A stretch of DNA of 28,238 nucleotides from Polyangiales bacterium (GTDB taxonomy: Bacteria; Myxococcota_A; Polyangia; Polyangiales; Polyangiaceae). The stretch lies in contig JBBRNJ010000102.1 in the NCBI GenBank assembly GCA_038230375.1, positions 1-28,238 of the forward strand. Reading direction: 5' to 3'. A program made the position numbers and the translations under genes. Shown here one piece after another: positions 15,468 to 24,499 of this stretch; positions within the stretch are counted from its first letter, which is position 1, and every line of letters starts with the position of its first letter. Below the pieces are notes generated by a model. The model worked only from the letters and a program-made list of their open reading frames with translations. It was not told the origin of the DNA and ran no database searches.

Positions 15468-15483
15468 TGAGAGCAAGCCTACC

Positions 15484-15628
15484 CGACTTCGACGACGACT
15501 TCGACTTCGACTTCGACTCGACGACGACTTCGACTTCGACTTCGACGACGACTTCGACTTCGACGACGACCTTGACCTCGACTTCGCCTTCGGCTTCGAC
15601 GACGACGTCGCCGTTGACCTCAACTCAA
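15484..15628. repeat. Intergenic low-complexity (GACTTC/GACGAC)n tract
   Basis: Degenerate tri/hexanucleotide repeat between divergent genes; one shortened unit near 15515 shifts the register. Confidence 0.8.
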
Positions 15629-15761
15629 TACGATTGCGTTTTGTATCCGCTCGGAGACACTCGTCGCTTTCTTTGTTGAGCGCGTTGCGCGAGGTGGATC
15701 ACGCGACTACCGTGCGCGCCGGGAACAGAGGGAAGGAACAAGACGCATCGAGGGTACGACC

Positions 15762-17384
15762 ATGAGATCCAGGCAGACGCGCACCATCTTGGTGATCGGC
15801 ATCTCCGCAGTGCTCACTGCAGTGGCGTGTAGCTCTTCGTCTTCACGGAGTGGCTACACGGATCCCAGCTCGTCGAGCAACGGCACGGACCCTGGTGGTG
15901 GTGGCAGTGGCTTCGGTCCCGGCGGTGGCGGCGCGAATCCGGACTCTGGTGTGAAGGATCTCGGTCGCGATCCGATCACGTGCGCGGAGGCCGTGCAGAC
16001 GCACTCGTATGTCGGCTGCGATTTCTGGCCCACCGTCACCGCCAACAACGTGTACCTGCAGTTCGACTATGCGGTGGTCGTCTCCAACACGCAGAAGGTC
16101 GCCGCGAACGTGACCATCACCGGTCCCGCCGGCACGAACAAGATGGTGACCGTTGCGCCGGGCTCCCTGGAGAAGGTGATCCTTCCTTGGGTGAGCGGAC
16201 TCAAGGGCCCGACGTCCACCATGGGTGAAGCCGTCGCCATGACGGAGTCCGTATTCGCGCCCGGCGGTGCGTATCACCTGATCGCCAGTGAACCGGTCGT
16301 CGTCTACCAATTCAACGCGCTCGAATACAAGAAGGACGGCAAGTTCAGCTACACGAACGACGCCTCGCTCCTCTTGCCGAGCACTGCATGGACTGGCAAC
16401 TATCGCGTGAGCGGCATTGCGGGATGGAGCACCGGCAACCCGTTCGGCAATCCGGACGTCATGGGCGGCTATATCGCGATAACGGCGCTCGCCAATGGCA
16501 CGCACGTGACGGTCTCGCTCAGCCCGAAGGGAGACGTCCTGGCCGGTCCGAACATCCCCGCGACGAAGGGCGGCGGCACCGTGTCGCTCATGCTCAACGC
16601 GGGCGACGTCGCGGAGATGGTCACGCCGGTCGGCAACAAGTACGACCTGTCTGGCTCGCTCGTCACCGCGAGCGGGCCCGTACAGGTGATCACCGGCATC
16701 CCGTGCATCAACGTCCCGAGCGAAAAGGCCGCCTGCGATCACGTGGAAGAGTCCGTCATGCCGGCGGAGGCGCTCGGCAAGCGCTACGTGGTGTCCACGC
16801 CCACGCAGCCTGCGGGCGGCACGGGCAAGCATGTCGTGCGCCTCTACGGAAACCGCGACGGCACGCAGCTCACGTACACGCCGTCCAAGCCGGGGAGCTG
16901 CCCGGCCACGCTCAACGCGGGTGACGTCGCGGACTGCGGCCTGCTCACGGGCGACTTCATCGTGGAGGGCTCGAACGAGTTCGCGGTCGCCGCGTTCACT
17001 GTCGGCGCCACCGAGTACGATCCCAGCGGCGACGACACGCGCGGCGATCCCGATCAGACCACGTTCGCGTCCATCGAGCAGTTCCGCACGAGCTACCTGT
17101 TCCTGTCTCCCGACGACTACGACGTGAGCTACGCCGTGATCGCCGGCCCGAGCGACGCGAATCCCAAGCTCGATGGCAAGTCACTGAGCGGCTACACGGC
17201 CGTCGGTGGCGGCTTCGGCCTCTGGCGAGAGACGCTGGGCGCCGGTCAGTCCGGCGCGCACACGCTGACTGCGGACAAGCCTGTCGGCCTCCAGGCCATG
17301 GGCTACGGCTCGTACACGAGCTACACGTACCCGGGCGGTCTCAACCTGAAGATCATCGCGCCGCCCCCGCCCGCGCCGAAATGA
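15762..17384 (+). CDS. IgGFc-binding-domain lipoprotein
   Basis: Lipobox AVAC, GCDFWPT, YAVVVSN, VVVYQFNAL, NDASLLLPS, CDHVEE, EQFRTSYLF, SYTYPGGLNL. Confidence 0.88.
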   Translation: MRSRQTRTILVIGISAVLTAVACSSSSSRSGYTDPSSSSNGTDPGGGGSGFGPGGGGANPDSGVKDLGRDPITCAEAVQTHSYVGCDFWPTVTANNVYLQFDYAVVVSNTQKVAANVTITGPAGTNKMVTVAPGSLEKVILPWVSGLKGPTSTMGEAVAMTESVFAPGGAYHLIASEPVVVYQFNALEYKKDGKFSYTNDASLLLPSTAWTGNYRVSGIAGWSTGNPFGNPDVMGGYIAITALANGTHVTVSLSPKGDVLAGPNIPATKGGGTVSLMLNAGDVAEMVTPVGNKYDLSGSLVTASGPVQVITGIPCINVPSEKAACDHVEESVMPAEALGKRYVVSTPTQPAGGTGKHVVRLYGNRDGTQLTYTPSKPGSCPATLNAGDVADCGLLTGDFIVEGSNEFAVAAFTVGATEYDPSGDDTRGDPDQTTFASIEQFRTSYLFLSPDDYDVSYAVIAGPSDANPKLDGKSLSGYTAVGGGFGLWRETLGAGQSGAHTLTADKPVGLQAMGYGSYTSYTYPGGLNLKIIAPPPPAPK

Positions 17385-17414
17385 GGCGGGCGCCTCGGGA
17401 GCGCCAGAAAAGCC

Positions 17415-18827
17415 TCACTTCACGATCTTGACGCCCAGCGGCGCGATCCAGAAGATCTGTCCGTTCCAGTCGTTCGACACATAGAGGCGTCCATCGGCGG
17501 AGAACGCCACATCCGACGGGCGGCCGTGCGTGCGCGAGTCATCGTCCCAGCCGCTGGCGAACGTGCGCATGGAGCCCGTGGGTTTGCCGACGCTGCCCCC
17601 GTCGCCGGTGGTGGAGCCGGGCGGCGGTCTGCCGGTGGTCGGGTCCGTCTTCACGGCGATGATGCGCGCCCCGATCCACGAGCTCACGGCGCCGTGCTCC
17701 GCGATGAAGATGTTCTTGTTCCACGTGTCGCTCCACGTGTTGGGCTCGAAATCCAGACCAAACGGCGTGTCGCCGACGCGGAACGTGTTGTCGTCTGGTT
17801 GCACGCCGGAGCAATCCGTGGCCGTGATGTCGGGGAACGGCAGATCCTTGGTGGCGCAGCACGGGAAGCCGAAGTCGTCGCCGTCCTTGATGTGCACGAT
17901 CTTCTCGCGCCCGCCCTGCGCGGTGGAGAAGTCACGCGTGAGCTCGTTCACGAAGCAGTTGTTGTGACCCTTCTGACAACGCATGTACATGCCATTGCGG
18001 AAGCCCTGGACGATCTCCTTGCCGTTGGGTGTGCCGTCGATCTCGACCACGCCACCGCGGAACGGATGCGGGAAGATGCACGACTCCGTCTGGTCGCCGC
18101 CGTTGGTGACGTAGATGCGGCCGTCGTCCGCCATGTCCATGGTCTTGGGCCAGTGGAACGGCGAGATGTACTGGTTCACGTCGATCATCTGCGTGGCCAC
18201 AGACGCATTCACACGCGCGCCCGCCGCGTATGGCACGCGCATCACCTTCGTGTCGTCCTGGTAGTAGAAGAAGCCGGGCGCGAAGAGCATGCCCTGCGTG
18301 GACGGCAGCCCGCTCTGGAATGCCAGCTGCGAGTCCGCGACGCCGTCCTTGTCGTCGTCTGGCAGGACGATGATGGCCCCCTTACCGGTGGGCGCGCCGC
18401 CTGCGGTACTGCGGCTCGGCGACGCGGCGAAGAGCTCGCCGCCGGGCGCGAATCGGATCTGACGCGCCGACGCCACCGTGGCGTAGTAGTGCGCGCAGTA
18501 GCCGTCGGGCAGCGTGAGGAACGAGATGTCCGAGGCTCCCGCCGTGGTGCCACCAGGGACCACGAGGCGCGTGCCCTGCTCGAAGACGAGCGAGCCCGGC
18601 ATGCCACAGTACTCATCCGGGGGAGGGAGCATCACGTCGAACGAAGCGTCGCGAATGAACGCGTCCAGGTCCTCCATGCCGTCGGAGTTCGCGAGCCCAT
18701 CCCGATTTCCGTCCGCGGAGCCGTCGCCGTCACCTGGGTTCTTGTTGTCGCCGGCGGAGCACGACGCGAACACCAGCGCGGAAGGAACAAGGACGAGCGC
18801 GCACGACGCGAACCAAGAAAAGCGCAT
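17415..18827 (-). CDS. PQQ-dependent sugar / sorbosone dehydrogenase-like beta-propeller lipoprotein
   Basis: Lipoprotein signal MRFSW...FASC, LTLPDGY, ARQIRFAPGGELF, GFRN, FGFPCC, EHGAVSSW, GRPSDVAFSADGRLYVSND. Confidence 0.8.
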   Translation of the reverse strand: MRFSWFASCALVLVPSALVFASCSAGDNKNPGDGDGSADGNRDGLANSDGMEDLDAFIRDASFDVMLPPPDEYCGMPGSLVFEQGTRLVVPGGTTAGASDISFLTLPDGYCAHYYATVASARQIRFAPGGELFAASPSRSTAGGAPTGKGAIIVLPDDDKDGVADSQLAFQSGLPSTQGMLFAPGFFYYQDDTKVMRVPYAAGARVNASVATQMIDVNQYISPFHWPKTMDMADDGRIYVTNGGDQTESCIFPHPFRGGVVEIDGTPNGKEIVQGFRNGMYMRCQKGHNNCFVNELTRDFSTAQGGREKIVHIKDGDDFGFPCCATKDLPFPDITATDCSGVQPDDNTFRVGDTPFGLDFEPNTWSDTWNKNIFIAEHGAVSSWIGARIIAVKTDPTTGRPPPGSTTGDGGSVGKPTGSMRTFASGWDDDSRTHGRPSDVAFSADGRLYVSNDWNGQIFWIAPLGVKIVK

Positions 18828-18865
18828 GTAGCGATATTTGCACGCCGCCCGAAAACGACAAGCGT

Positions 18866-19783
18866 TTACTGAGGCCTGAGAAAGAGCACGTAGCTGCCTG
18901 GCTTCACCGTCATGAGGACGGCCTTCGGACCTTGAAGCGCCGGGTTGAAAGCCGCGTACCACGGCTGCTCCTTCCACGCGGGCGAGTCGCCAATGCCGGT
19001 CGGCTTGATGAGATCGAGCTCCACGTACTTGTCCGCCGTGAGCTTTGCGATGCGCGGGCCGTAGCTCCAGGCCTCGCGACCAGGGCGCGGGAAGAGGTCG
19101 TTGTGCATCGCGCCGCCGTACGCGACGACGATCTTCTTCGGATCCTTCTTGAGCGCCCGCTCGATGCGGTCGGCGGAGAGGCGGCCGATCACCGTGAGCA
19201 TCTGGTCGATATCACCTGCGCCCGCGTCCAGGATCGCCGCGTATTCGTCGCACGACGGCATGAGCACGTGCGGCTCGATGCCCTTCGCCTTGGCCACGTT
19301 GCCAAGGGTCACGAACTCGTTCTGGTTCGTGTCCGCCTGGTTTGCCGTGACCTCCTTCTGCTTCGTCGCGACCTCCTTCTCCTTCTTGCCGCAGCTGCCG
19401 TTCGCGACCCACAGCTCCAGGATCAGGTGGCTCGACTTGCCTTCGAGCTTGGGGAGGAGCTCGTCGGTGAAGAGCTTCGTGGTGGACGGCCCCCCCTTGT
19501 CCTTCTGCGCGTGCGTCTCCCCGATTCCGATCACGATGGGCTCCGTCGCGAGGATGCGCGCGAACGCCGCCGCGTCGTCGTCGAACGACTCACACGGCAA
19601 ACCGCTGCACGCGCCGTTGGCAGTGACAGGCGCAGGCGGCGCGCCCCCGTCCGCGACGTCGCTCTTGGGTCCTTCTGCGGAGACGGAGGCCTCCGCGAGC
19701 GTGGTCGCGGGGACGCCGGATTGCTTGCATGATGCAAGCATCACGAGGCTAGTAAAACCGAGGACCGAAGCCGATTGGCGCAT
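18866..19783 (-). CDS. Hypothetical lipoprotein, Tiki/TraB-ChaN-EreA-like motifs
   Basis: MRQSASVLGFTSLVMLASC lipobox; IGIGETH, LILE, YGGAMHND. Start overlaps the end of the upstream gene. Confidence 0.65.
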   Translation of the reverse strand: MRQSASVLGFTSLVMLASCKQSGVPATTLAEASVSAEGPKSDVADGGAPPAPVTANGACSGLPCESFDDDAAAFARILATEPIVIGIGETHAQKDKGGPSTTKLFTDELLPKLEGKSSHLILELWVANGSCGKKEKEVATKQKEVTANQADTNQNEFVTLGNVAKAKGIEPHVLMPSCDEYAAILDAGAGDIDQMLTVIGRLSADRIERALKKDPKKIVVAYGGAMHNDLFPRPGREAWSYGPRIAKLTADKYVELDLIKPTGIGDSPAWKEQPWYAAFNPALQGPKAVLMTVKPGSYVLFLRPQ

Positions 19784-20840
19784 AGAAGAGCCCCGTGTCG
19801 TTCGAGGGATTGGCGAAGAAATAGCCGAACCCGACCGAGACCAGCCACTGCCCGTAGTCCTGGGAGGTGATGGCGTAAGACGCGTCGAGCATGGGAGAGA
19901 AGACGATGTCCGTGGAGAGCGTGTTGCCGTCGCGGCATGCCTCGCCCTGGCCGCCGTTGAGGCTGGCGCCGAGCCAGAAGGAGCGCGTGAGGTGGTACTC
20001 GATGGCGGGACCGACAGTGAGCACGTGCGCGCCGTACACGAGCCTGCAGCTGGAGCCTGCGGCCGCGAGCACGCGCAGGCCGACGAAGGCGTGCTCCGCG
20101 AAGGCGTAGCCGATCTCACCAGAGAGACCCGCGAACGCGCCGTCGTCGTTCACGCCGGTGTGCAGCTTCTGGAAGTGGTACGGCATGGCCAGAAACGACC
20201 CGCCGAAGACCAGTCCCGACACCTCCGGCGGACGCGCAGGCTGCACGGGCGGCGTGTCGGTGGGAACAGGCGGTGGCGTGGATGAAGCGGGAGGCGCGAC
20301 GGGCCGCGTGAACGACACGGTCTTCGGCGCGCCGCTCGCCACGTCCACGTCCTGGTCCGCGCGTCCAACGTCCCACTCGACGGTCATGTGGTGCTTGCCG
20401 GGAAGGAGCAGCCACGTCACGGGCGCGCGTTCGTCGAGCTGCGCGCCGTCGACGAAGATGCGTGCGCCGGGTGGATCGGTCTCGACCCTGATCTTGCTCG
20501 CGCGACGACGCAGCTCCGCGGCAGCGACGACGGCGGACTGCGTGAACTCGCCCTGCTCTCCCGCCTCGCCCACGTAGCGCTCGTAGTCGTCCACTGCGGC
20601 GTGCGCATGGCCAAGGCGCTCCTCGACGAGCGCGAGGTTGTAGATGGTCACGGCCGCGTGATGCGCGCGCTCGGCGTCGAGGAATGCGAGCCGAGCGCCG
20701 GTGTCGTCGCCTTGCTTGTAGAGACGCACGCCCTCCGCGAACTTGGCGCGAGCAGCGTCCACGTCATCCGCGCGCGAGTCCTCCCCTGCAAGCCCAACGG
20801 CGAGCGCGACGCATCCAAAGAGGAGAGCCCGAAGTCGCAA
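19749..20840 (-). CDS. Secreted TPR + PEGA domain protein with beta-rich C-terminus
   Basis: Signal peptide, ARAKFAEGVRLY...IYNLALVEERLG...YERY (TPR), IRVETDPPGARIFVDG...PGKH (PEGA), C-terminal aromatic strands ending GPRFY. Confidence 0.85.
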   Translation of the reverse strand: MRLRALLFGCVALAVGLAGEDSRADDVDAARAKFAEGVRLYKQGDDTGARLAFLDAERAHHAAVTIYNLALVEERLGHAHAAVDDYERYVGEAGEQGEFTQSAVVAAAELRRRASKIRVETDPPGARIFVDGAQLDERAPVTWLLLPGKHHMTVEWDVGRADQDVDVASGAPKTVSFTRPVAPPASSTPPPVPTDTPPVQPARPPEVSGLVFGGSFLAMPYHFQKLHTGVNDDGAFAGLSGEIGYAFAEHAFVGLRVLAAAGSSCRLVYGAHVLTVGPAIEYHLTRSFWLGASLNGGQGEACRDGNTLSTDIVFSPMLDASYAITSQDYGQWLVSVGFGYFFANPSNDTGLFYAPIGFGPRFY

Positions 20841-20855
20841 CGAGCCCCGAGACTA

Positions 20856-22274
20856 TCAGGGAAACGACGTCGCCATCGGACGCACGCAACGCCCCGATTC
20901 CCACACGTGCCCCGTGAGACAGCAATGGCCATCGGAAGAAACCTGGCCGGCGGGACAGTCAGGCTTCTTGGGAGGAGGAGCAGGCTGGGGACGGGAGGAG
21001 GGTTGGGGAGAGGGGGAAGAGGAGGAGGCCGAGGGAGAAGTCGAGGGTTGGGGAGAGGTCGAGGGTGATGCCGAAGGCGAGGGTGAGACCGCTTGGCTCC
21101 CAGTTGAAGTCGTTGTCGATGTCATCGTCGAAGTCGAAGTCGTTGTCGAAGTCGTTGTCGATGTCATCGTCGTCGTCGAAGTCGATGTCGATGTCGAAGT
21201 CGGTGTCGTCGTCTTCGTGGCCAGCAGCGCCACCACCCCCACGCCCAGCGCGAACGCTCCTAGCCCCACGAGCCACATCGCCGATCTTCCTGCGACCGCC
21301 TTCCTCTCCGACTTCGGCTCCGCGGCGTCTCCCTGCGTCCGCGCGCTCTCGACCGCTTCCGTCGCGGGCCTCGCGCCCGAGCCCGCCGTCTCGCGCTTCA
21401 GATACGCCTCCAGCGCTTGCTTCATCTCGTCCGCGGACGCGAACCTGTCGTCTCTCTCGATCGCGAGCGACTTCTCCACGATGTCCGCGAGCGCCGCGTC
21501 TACGTCTTTCCGCAGCGTGTCCACGCGCGGCGCCTTCTCCGTCACCACGCGCACCGCCGCCGCCGTCGCATTGGGTGCAAGATGCACGGATCTTCCCGTG
21601 AGCATCTCGAAGAGCGTGGCGCCCGCGGCCCACACGTCCACGCGGCCGTCGATCTCCCCGCCCATCACCTGCTCTGGCGCCATGTAGAGCGGCGTGCCGA
21701 CCACGACGCCGCTCTTCGTGTGGTCGGACACTGTGCCGTCGTCCCCCTGCTCGCGGAACTTGGCAATGCCGAAGTCCAGCACCTTGAGCACGGGCTGGCT
21801 ACTGCCGGTCTTCTCTGCAAGGAACAGGTTCTGAGGTTTCACGTCGCGGTGGACGATGCCGTGCTGATGCGCCGAGGACAGCGCCGACAGGAGCTCGCAG
21901 GTGACGCCGACGGCGCGGCGGATGGGCATCTTCTCGTCCACGTCGTGGAGCGTTCGCCCGCGGAGCAGCTCCATCACCATGTACAGCGACCCGTCCGTGT
22001 CCTCACCCAGGTCGAACACGTCCACGATGTTGGGGCTACCGATGCGCGCGGCCGCCTGCGCCTCCTGCGTGAAGCGGCGCACCGCGTCCTTCTGCTCGGA
22101 CACGTCGCGCGTCATCACCTTGAGCGCGAAGCGGCGCTTCACGCCCACGTGCTCCACCTCGTACACCGCCCCCATGCCTCCGCGCCCCAGCAGCTTGATC
22201 ACCCGGTATTTCCCGGCGACAAGCGCGCCATCCTCCTTCTCGTTCCGTTCGGAGGTGGGCGCGGGCTCGGTCAT
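20856..22274 (-). CDS. Hanks-type Ser/Thr protein kinase, membrane-anchored
   Basis: LGRGGMGAVY, FALK, HRDVKPQN, DFGIAK, GTPLYMAPEQ, DVWAAG, one TM helix, T/S/P linker, small Cys-rich extracellular end. Confidence 0.95.
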   Translation of the reverse strand: MTEPAPTSERNEKEDGALVAGKYRVIKLLGRGGMGAVYEVEHVGVKRRFALKVMTRDVSEQKDAVRRFTQEAQAAARIGSPNIVDVFDLGEDTDGSLYMVMELLRGRTLHDVDEKMPIRRAVGVTCELLSALSSAHQHGIVHRDVKPQNLFLAEKTGSSQPVLKVLDFGIAKFREQGDDGTVSDHTKSGVVVGTPLYMAPEQVMGGEIDGRVDVWAAGATLFEMLTGRSVHLAPNATAAAVRVVTEKAPRVDTLRKDVDAALADIVEKSLAIERDDRFASADEMKQALEAYLKRETAGSGARPATEAVESARTQGDAAEPKSERKAVAGRSAMWLVGLGAFALGVGVVALLATKTTTPTSTSTSTSTTTMTSTTTSTTTSTSTMTSTTTSTGSQAVSPSPSASPSTSPQPSTSPSASSSSPSPQPSSRPQPAPPPKKPDCPAGQVSSDGHCCLTGHVWESGRCVRPMATSFP

Positions 22275-22328
22275 CCTGCGTTGCAGTAGACCACATCCGA
22301 GCGAACATCATGCGGCTCGATCGGTCAG

Positions 22329-22440
22329 TATATGAATACTTTCTGAAAATTATATAGTTTGCGATCACTTCCGATCATGACGAGTTCGGCGGCACCAGAC
22401 GCGACTGTTGTATAGTTTTTCAAAATTATATAGTTTTGTT
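22329..22440. promoter_or_regulatory. AT-rich promoter/operator region with duplicated near-palindrome
   Basis: AAAATTATATAGTTT occurs at 22346-22360 and 22422-22436; the second copy ends 6 nt before the Fic ATG. Confidence 0.7.
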
Positions 22441-22442
22441 CC

Positions 22443-23792
22443 ATGAGGCTTCCGCGACGCCCGCCTCCCCTCCAGACCGAGCACCTCGGGACCGTCCTCA
22501 GCGTCCTCGGGAAGCCCGAATTCAAGAAGTTCGTGAGCAGAGCGAACGCGGAGTATTTCCACTGGGACGAGCTCCGTGCGCGGCCGCGACCGCAAGGGCT
22601 GAGCCTGGAGAGCGCCTGGGCCGCAGTGAAGACTACGCGGGTGGCAGAACGACGCATGCTGCCGCTCCGCGATCTGAACGGCAACTCCTTCAGCTACTGG
22701 CTTCCACCGCAAGCGCTCGCCACGCTTCACGACGTGGATCGATGGGGCGGCAGCACACCCGCGCTCCATGATGACGCGCTTCCGGAGCTGCGTCGGGTGC
22801 GGGAGCAAGTCATCGTCGGCTCGTTGATGGAGGAGGCGATCGCGACGAGCCAGATCGAAGGAGCCGCGACCACCCGTCGCGTGGCGAAGGAGATGCTGCG
22901 GACAAGCCGTCGGGCGCGCGATCGCAGCGAGCAGATGATCGTCAACAGCTACGAGACAATCCAGTTTCTCCGGGAGCAGAAGACGCGTGACCTGTCGCTC
23001 GACATGCTGTTCGAGATCCAGACGCGAATGACCCGCGGCACGCTGGACGATCCGGCGGGTGTGGGACGCTTCCGCACGCAGAAGGATGATGTCGCCGTCG
23101 TCGACGTCCGTGACGGAGAGGTGATCTTTACCCCGCCACCGGCGAAGCTGATCCGGCGACGAATGCAGGAGCTCGTGACGTTTGCCAATGCGCCAAACAC
23201 GTCGGAGGAGTTCATCCATCCACTCGTGAAGGCAGCAGTGCTTCACTTCTGGCTTGCGTACGAGCACCCCTACGTCGACGGCAACGGTCGCACCGCGCGC
23301 GCGCTCTTCTACTGGTTCATGCTGAAGAACGGCTACTGGCTGTTCGAGTTCCTCACCGTCTCGCGCGCGATCATGAAGCGCCGAATGGGCTACTACCGCT
23401 CGTTTCTCCACAGCGAGCACGACGACGAGGACATGACGTACTCGCTGCTCTTCCAGCTCGAAGCGACGAAGCACGCCCTTGGCGATCTGCGCCAGCACCT
23501 GAGAGAAAAGCAGGGGCGAGAGCGCGAGCTTGCGCGCACGCTACGAGCATTTCCCGATCTGAACGCGAGGCAACGCGCGCTCGTTGACCACGTGCTGCGC
23601 AACCCGGGCGAAGTGGTCACGTTCCAGTCGCACCAGCGCACACAGGGCATCACGTACATCACAGCGCGGTCCGACCTGCTCGACCTCCTCGAGCGAGGCC
23701 TCGTAGATGCGACGCGCCAGGGAAAGCAGCGCGCGTTCTACGCCGCAGCGAACCTACAAGCAAAGCTCGGAAGACCAACGCATCGGGCGTAG
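22443..23792 (+). CDS. Class II Fic (AMPylase-family) protein with C-terminal winged-HTH-like domain
   Basis: Catalytic HPYVDGNGRTAR, N-terminal inhibitory motif ATSQIEG, C-terminal LNARQ...ITYITARSDLLDLLERGLV...GKQRAFY. Confidence 0.93.
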   Translation: MRLPRRPPPLQTEHLGTVLSVLGKPEFKKFVSRANAEYFHWDELRARPRPQGLSLESAWAAVKTTRVAERRMLPLRDLNGNSFSYWLPPQALATLHDVDRWGGSTPALHDDALPELRRVREQVIVGSLMEEAIATSQIEGAATTRRVAKEMLRTSRRARDRSEQMIVNSYETIQFLREQKTRDLSLDMLFEIQTRMTRGTLDDPAGVGRFRTQKDDVAVVDVRDGEVIFTPPPAKLIRRRMQELVTFANAPNTSEEFIHPLVKAAVLHFWLAYEHPYVDGNGRTARALFYWFMLKNGYWLFEFLTVSRAIMKRRMGYYRSFLHSEHDDEDMTYSLLFQLEATKHALGDLRQHLREKQGRERELARTLRAFPDLNARQRALVDHVLRNPGEVVTFQSHQRTQGITYITARSDLLDLLERGLVDATRQGKQRAFYAAANLQAKLGRPTHRA

Positions 23793-23819
23793 CCCAACCG
23801 CACCGCATCCCACGGTGCC

Positions 23820-24222
23820 TTGTCCACGAAGAGCTCGGCGTCTCGCAGCGCTTCGCTGATGAGGGTATCCTTTCGATATGGCAGCGCGAGACGGAGTGCG
23901 GCCGCGCTGCGAAGATCTGCCGAGAAGTGGCGGCAGACTGTCGATGACATCCGTGACGGAGTCGCCTCACCGGACGCGCTCGCCCAGGCGGCGACAGCCG
24001 CGAACAACCTGAACGCATCGTCGGTCGCCTGGGTCGTGAGGGGGCGGACGCCGCGTGCTTCTGACGCTGACGATCGCTGCGGACGGAAGCGTGCAGACTA
24101 CATTCGTCTCGGGAGACGAGCCCACCGCGAGCTGCGTCGAGAGAGATGCCAAGACGTGGAGCTTCGCCCCGCCAGGAGCCTCGTCCACCGTGACCATCCC
24201 GTTCCGCTTCGTGAAGAAGTGA
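23820..24222 (+). pseudogene. Broken gene with AgmX/PglI (TonB-C-like) C-terminal domain
   Basis: Frame 1 from about 24052 reads RVLLTLTIAADGSVQTTFVSGDEPTASCVERDAKTWSFAPPGASSTVTIPFRFVKK* (TGA 24220-22). The preceding helix NLNASSVAWVVRGRTP is in frame 3, and frame 1 has stops at 24010 and 24037. Confidence 0.6.
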
Positions 24223-24499
24223 CCCCGACCCCGTCCACAAAGGCCGTCCGCGAGCGCCGATTCTAACGCAAGCGCGAACTCCGCGGGCTCACCCTCGAAG
24301 TTGCGGAGGACCACGCTCCGCTCAGTGCTGCTCGGCAGATCCATGCGGATCGTCGCGCCTCGACGTCCACCCTGGCAAGGTGGCATGGCACTCGCGGGAT
24401 GGTCGTGGTTATCGATAGCCAGGAGAATGCACTCATTCACCCAATTTCGAGTCAGGATGAGTGAATTGGGACGTTCGCTCGTCCAAGTGGAGACCAATC

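Noticed and set aside
15468..15623. Ser/Arg/Lys-rich N-terminal extension of peptide A
   Set aside because: It is a translation of the intergenic repeat; paralogue alignment and the -10 box support ATG 15467.
17388..17410. Terminator-like hairpin between the IgGFc-binding and dehydrogenase genes
   Set aside because: Short, bulged GC stem; plausible but not distinguishable from background.
24255..24385. Minus-strand peptide MDLPSSTERSVVLRNFEGEPAEFALAL resembling ECF sigma region 4
   Set aside because: Similarity covers under 30 residues and lacks region 2 and the rest of the HTH; cannot be told from chance without a search.
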